Shown here piece by piece: positions 46,754 to 48,937 of a DNA stretch of 48,937 nt. The position numbers and the translations under genes are program-made. Source of the stretch: an uncultured Gammaproteobacteria bacterium (GTDB lineage Bacteria; Patescibacteriota; Patescibacteriia; XYB2-FULL-38-15); the NCBI GenBank assembly GCA_965231095.1, contig OZ246416.1, positions 1 through 48,937 of the forward strand. The letters are read 5' to 3'. Position 1 is the first letter of the stretch. Each line of letters starts with the position of its first letter. Under the pieces are notes generated by a model. The model was not told the origin of the DNA. It searched no databases and worked only from the letters and a program-made list of their open reading frames with translations.

Positions 46754-47431
46754 ATGCAGTCAAAAAAACTTGCCGGGGCGAAGGCGGGAGTAGCAAGCCG
46801 CGCGCGCCTGGACATTGCTGAGATTAGAGAAGATTGCGTTATCTTGAAGGATGGAACCCTGCGAGCCGTGTTTTTGGTTTCAAGCATCAATTTTGCCCTG
46901 AAATCGGAAGACGAGCAAAACGCCATCATCGCGGCGTATGTTTCTTTTTTGAACGCCCTGGAATTTCCTTTGCAAATTGTGATTCAATCAAGAAAATTAA
47001 ATATTGACGGTTATTTGGAAAAATTGAAACAAGCGGAAAAAGAGCAGGCGAATGAATTATTAAAAATTCAAATTGCCGATTATCGCGAATACGTTAAAGA
47101 GTTGGTGGAAATGGGAGATATCATGAGCAAGCGTTTTTACGTTACTGTTCCCTACGATCCGTTGTCTGACAAAAGAAAAGGATTTTGGTCAAGGTTTAGC
47201 GAAGTTTTGCGGCCGGGTGCGGCGCTGAAGCTTAGCGGTGATATTTTTAAACGCCGCCGGAGAGATCTTTTTGCCCGCGTGGAACATGTTCAAATGTTGC
47301 TTTCGGGAATGGGGCTTACTTCGGTAATTTTAGATACACAAAGTCTAATTGAACTTTATTATAATATTTATAATCCAGAAATTGCCGAGACGGAAAAACT
47401 GGCGGATGTGGATAAAATTCAGGTGGAATAA
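46754..47431 (+). CDS. VirB4-associated accessory protein (TraC/TraE-like N-terminal module)
   Basis: DIAEIREDCVILKDGTLRAV, SINFALKSEDEQNAII, FPLQIVIQSRKL; between PrgI and VirB4. Confidence 0.7.
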   Translation: MQSKKLAGAKAGVASRARLDIAEIREDCVILKDGTLRAVFLVSSINFALKSEDEQNAIIAAYVSFLNALEFPLQIVIQSRKLNIDGYLEKLKQAEKEQANELLKIQIADYREYVKELVEMGDIMSKRFYVTVPYDPLSDKRKGFWSRFSEVLRPGAALKLSGDIFKRRRRDLFARVEHVQMLLSGMGLTSVILDTQSLIELYYNIYNPEIAETEKLADVDKIQVE

Positions 47432-47470
47432 TCAGTGAATGATTGATCGTAATAATTTTAAAAAATAAGT

Positions 47471-48937
47471 ATGGCTTTTAAACCAGGAGCAATAATTGAA
47501 AAGAAAAAAACCGCCGCGTCGGCCGCTGTTTCTCCCGAGGAACAAAAGCGCCGCCTAGAGGCGGAAAAAATCGTCCTTGAGGAAGAGAGAATTTATCGTA
47601 AGGGCGTTGTTTCCATTCAGGATTTAATCGCTCCAGCGGCAATGAAGGTGGAGTCGTCACATATTTTGCTTGGCGATAAATTTACGAGGACAATTTTTGT
47701 TATTACTTATCCGCGCTATATCAGCGTTGGATGGTTTACGCCGATTATTAATTTGAACACGACGATTGACGTATCAATGTTTTTCTATCCGGTTAAAGCG
47801 GAAATAATTTTAAAACAATTAAAAAAGAAAGCCGGCGCGCTCGAGGCCCAGATTTTATCTGATGCTGAAAAAGGAGCGCCGCGCGATCCGCTTCGCGAGA
47901 CCGCGCTCCGCGACATTGAACAATTGCGCGATGATTTAACGCAGGGGATTGAACATTTTTTTCAATTTGCTCTTTATGTGACGATTTACGCCAAGAGCAA
48001 GGAAGAGTTGGATAAAGTATCTGAAGAAATTGAATCAATTTTTGGTTCAAAATTAATTTATACAAAACGCGTTTTTTATCAAGCTGAACAAGGATTTAAT
48101 TCCACGTTGCCGCTCGGCAATGATGAATTAATGATTACTTTCAACATGAATTCCTCGCCGATTGCCTCGTCTTTTCCTTTTATGTCGGCGGAGTTAACTT
48201 CTGATAACGGAATTCTTTACGGCATTAATCGCCATAATAACAGTTTGATTTTGTTTGATAGATTTTCTTTGCAAAATGCTAACGCCGTGGTTTTCGCGAC
48301 TTCCGGCGCGGGGAAAAGCTATGCCATTAAATTGGAAGTCCTGCGTTCTTTAATGATGGGAGTGGAAGTTTTAGTAATCGATCCGGAAATGGAATACAAA
48401 CATCTTTCCGACGCGGTGGGTGGCGCTTATGTTAATATTTCCTTGGCTTCAGAATCAAAAATTAATCCCTTTGACCTGCCGCGGCCGGTCGGGGAAGAGG
48501 TGAGCGCGGAGGATATTATCAGAAGCGCGGTAATTACCTTGAAAGGTTTACTGCGATTAATGCTCGCGCGGCCGGGCGAGGGCGGGAGATTAATTTTCTC
48601 TCCGGAAGAAGACTCTGTTTTGGATAGGGCATTGATTGAAACTTACGCGAAAAAAGATATTACGGGCGATACAGATTTAAAAATGGGGGTTGAGCCGCCG
48701 GTAATGAAAGATTTACAAAATATTTTGGAAGGTATGACCGGCGCGGAAAGTTTGGTGGAGCGGCTCCGGAAATTTACTGAAGGAACGTTTTCCGGGCTTC
48801 TGAATTCTCCGACCACAATTGACGTTAGAAATCCGCTGGTAATTTTTTCTGTCCGCGACCTTGAGGATGAATTACGGCCGATTGCGATTTATAATGTAAT
48901 GAATTTTATTTGGAATGTTGTCCGCTCAGAGCGGAAG
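47471..48937 (+). CDS. virB4: VirB4-like ATPase, 3' truncated by window edge (not in ORF track)
   Basis: Open frame from ATG 47471 to window end; LYGINRHNNSLILFDRF, Walker A ATSGAGKS, IDPEMEY, INPFDL. Confidence 0.88.
   Translation, partial: MAFKPGAIIEKKKTAASAAVSPEEQKRRLEAEKIVLEEERIYRKGVVSIQDLIAPAAMKVESSHILLGDKFTRTIFVITYPRYISVGWFTPIINLNTTIDVSMFFYPVKAEIILKQLKKKAGALEAQILSDAEKGAPRDPLRETALRDIEQLRDDLTQGIEHFFQFALYVTIYAKSKEELDKVSEEIESIFGSKLIYTKRVFYQAEQGFNSTLPLGNDELMITFNMNSSPIASSFPFMSAELTSDNGILYGINRHNNSLILFDRFSLQNANAVVFATSGAGKSYAIKLEVLRSLMMGVEVLVIDPEMEYKHLSDAVGGAYVNISLASESKINPFDLPRPVGEEVSAEDIIRSAVITLKGLLRLMLARPGEGGRLIFSPEEDSVLDRALIETYAKKDITGDTDLKMGVEPPVMKDLQNILEGMTGAESLVERLRKFTEGTFSGLLNSPTTIDVRNPLVIFSVRDLEDELRPIAIYNVMNFIWNVVRSERK

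Noticed and set aside
1308-46929. Numerous minus-strand ORFs opposite housekeeping and giant genes
   Set aside because: Antisense shadows with no motifs or expression signals
1-48937. Genetic code 25 (UGA=Gly)
   Set aside because: Genes up to 8.6 kb are open under code 11, and TGA ends nrdD at a plausible domain boundary

Overview
Chromosomal window from a Patescibacteria (CPR) genome, probably Parcubacteria/ABY1-like. This is inferred from VirB2-like pilin fusions, giant Cys-rich surface proteins, a PrgI/VirB4/VirB6 locus and sparse Shine-Dalgarno use; the genetic code is 11. Nearly all genes are on the + strand. Order: 3' part of tRNA-Val(CAC), lepB, hisS, rpsU, yqeY; two tandem pilin-headed surface proteins (620 and 2887 aa); Ca-binding membrane proteins and a four-helix-bundle gene; ybeY, dgkA, ftsA, ftsZ; class III RNR (nrdD split from a 49-aa glycyl-radical gene missing from the ORF track, then nrdG); MGMT-like, htrA, prfB, epimerase, MFS, rsmA; a second giant (2753 aa); a small GC-rich minus-strand island; and a T4SS-like cluster running off the end. 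The most unusual signals are: (i) phased 7/8-mer arrays that form inverted hairpins, bracket the four-helix-bundle gene and also sit inside ybeY, nrdG and rsmA; (ii) two unrelated GC-rich genes in matching promoter/leader-hairpin/SD/GAAGA-terminator cassettes, separated by a MITE-like element; (iii) the split NrdD with a candidate coupled leader peptide; (iv) pilin-tethered giant adhesin-like proteins. All domain calls are by motif recognition, with no database search.
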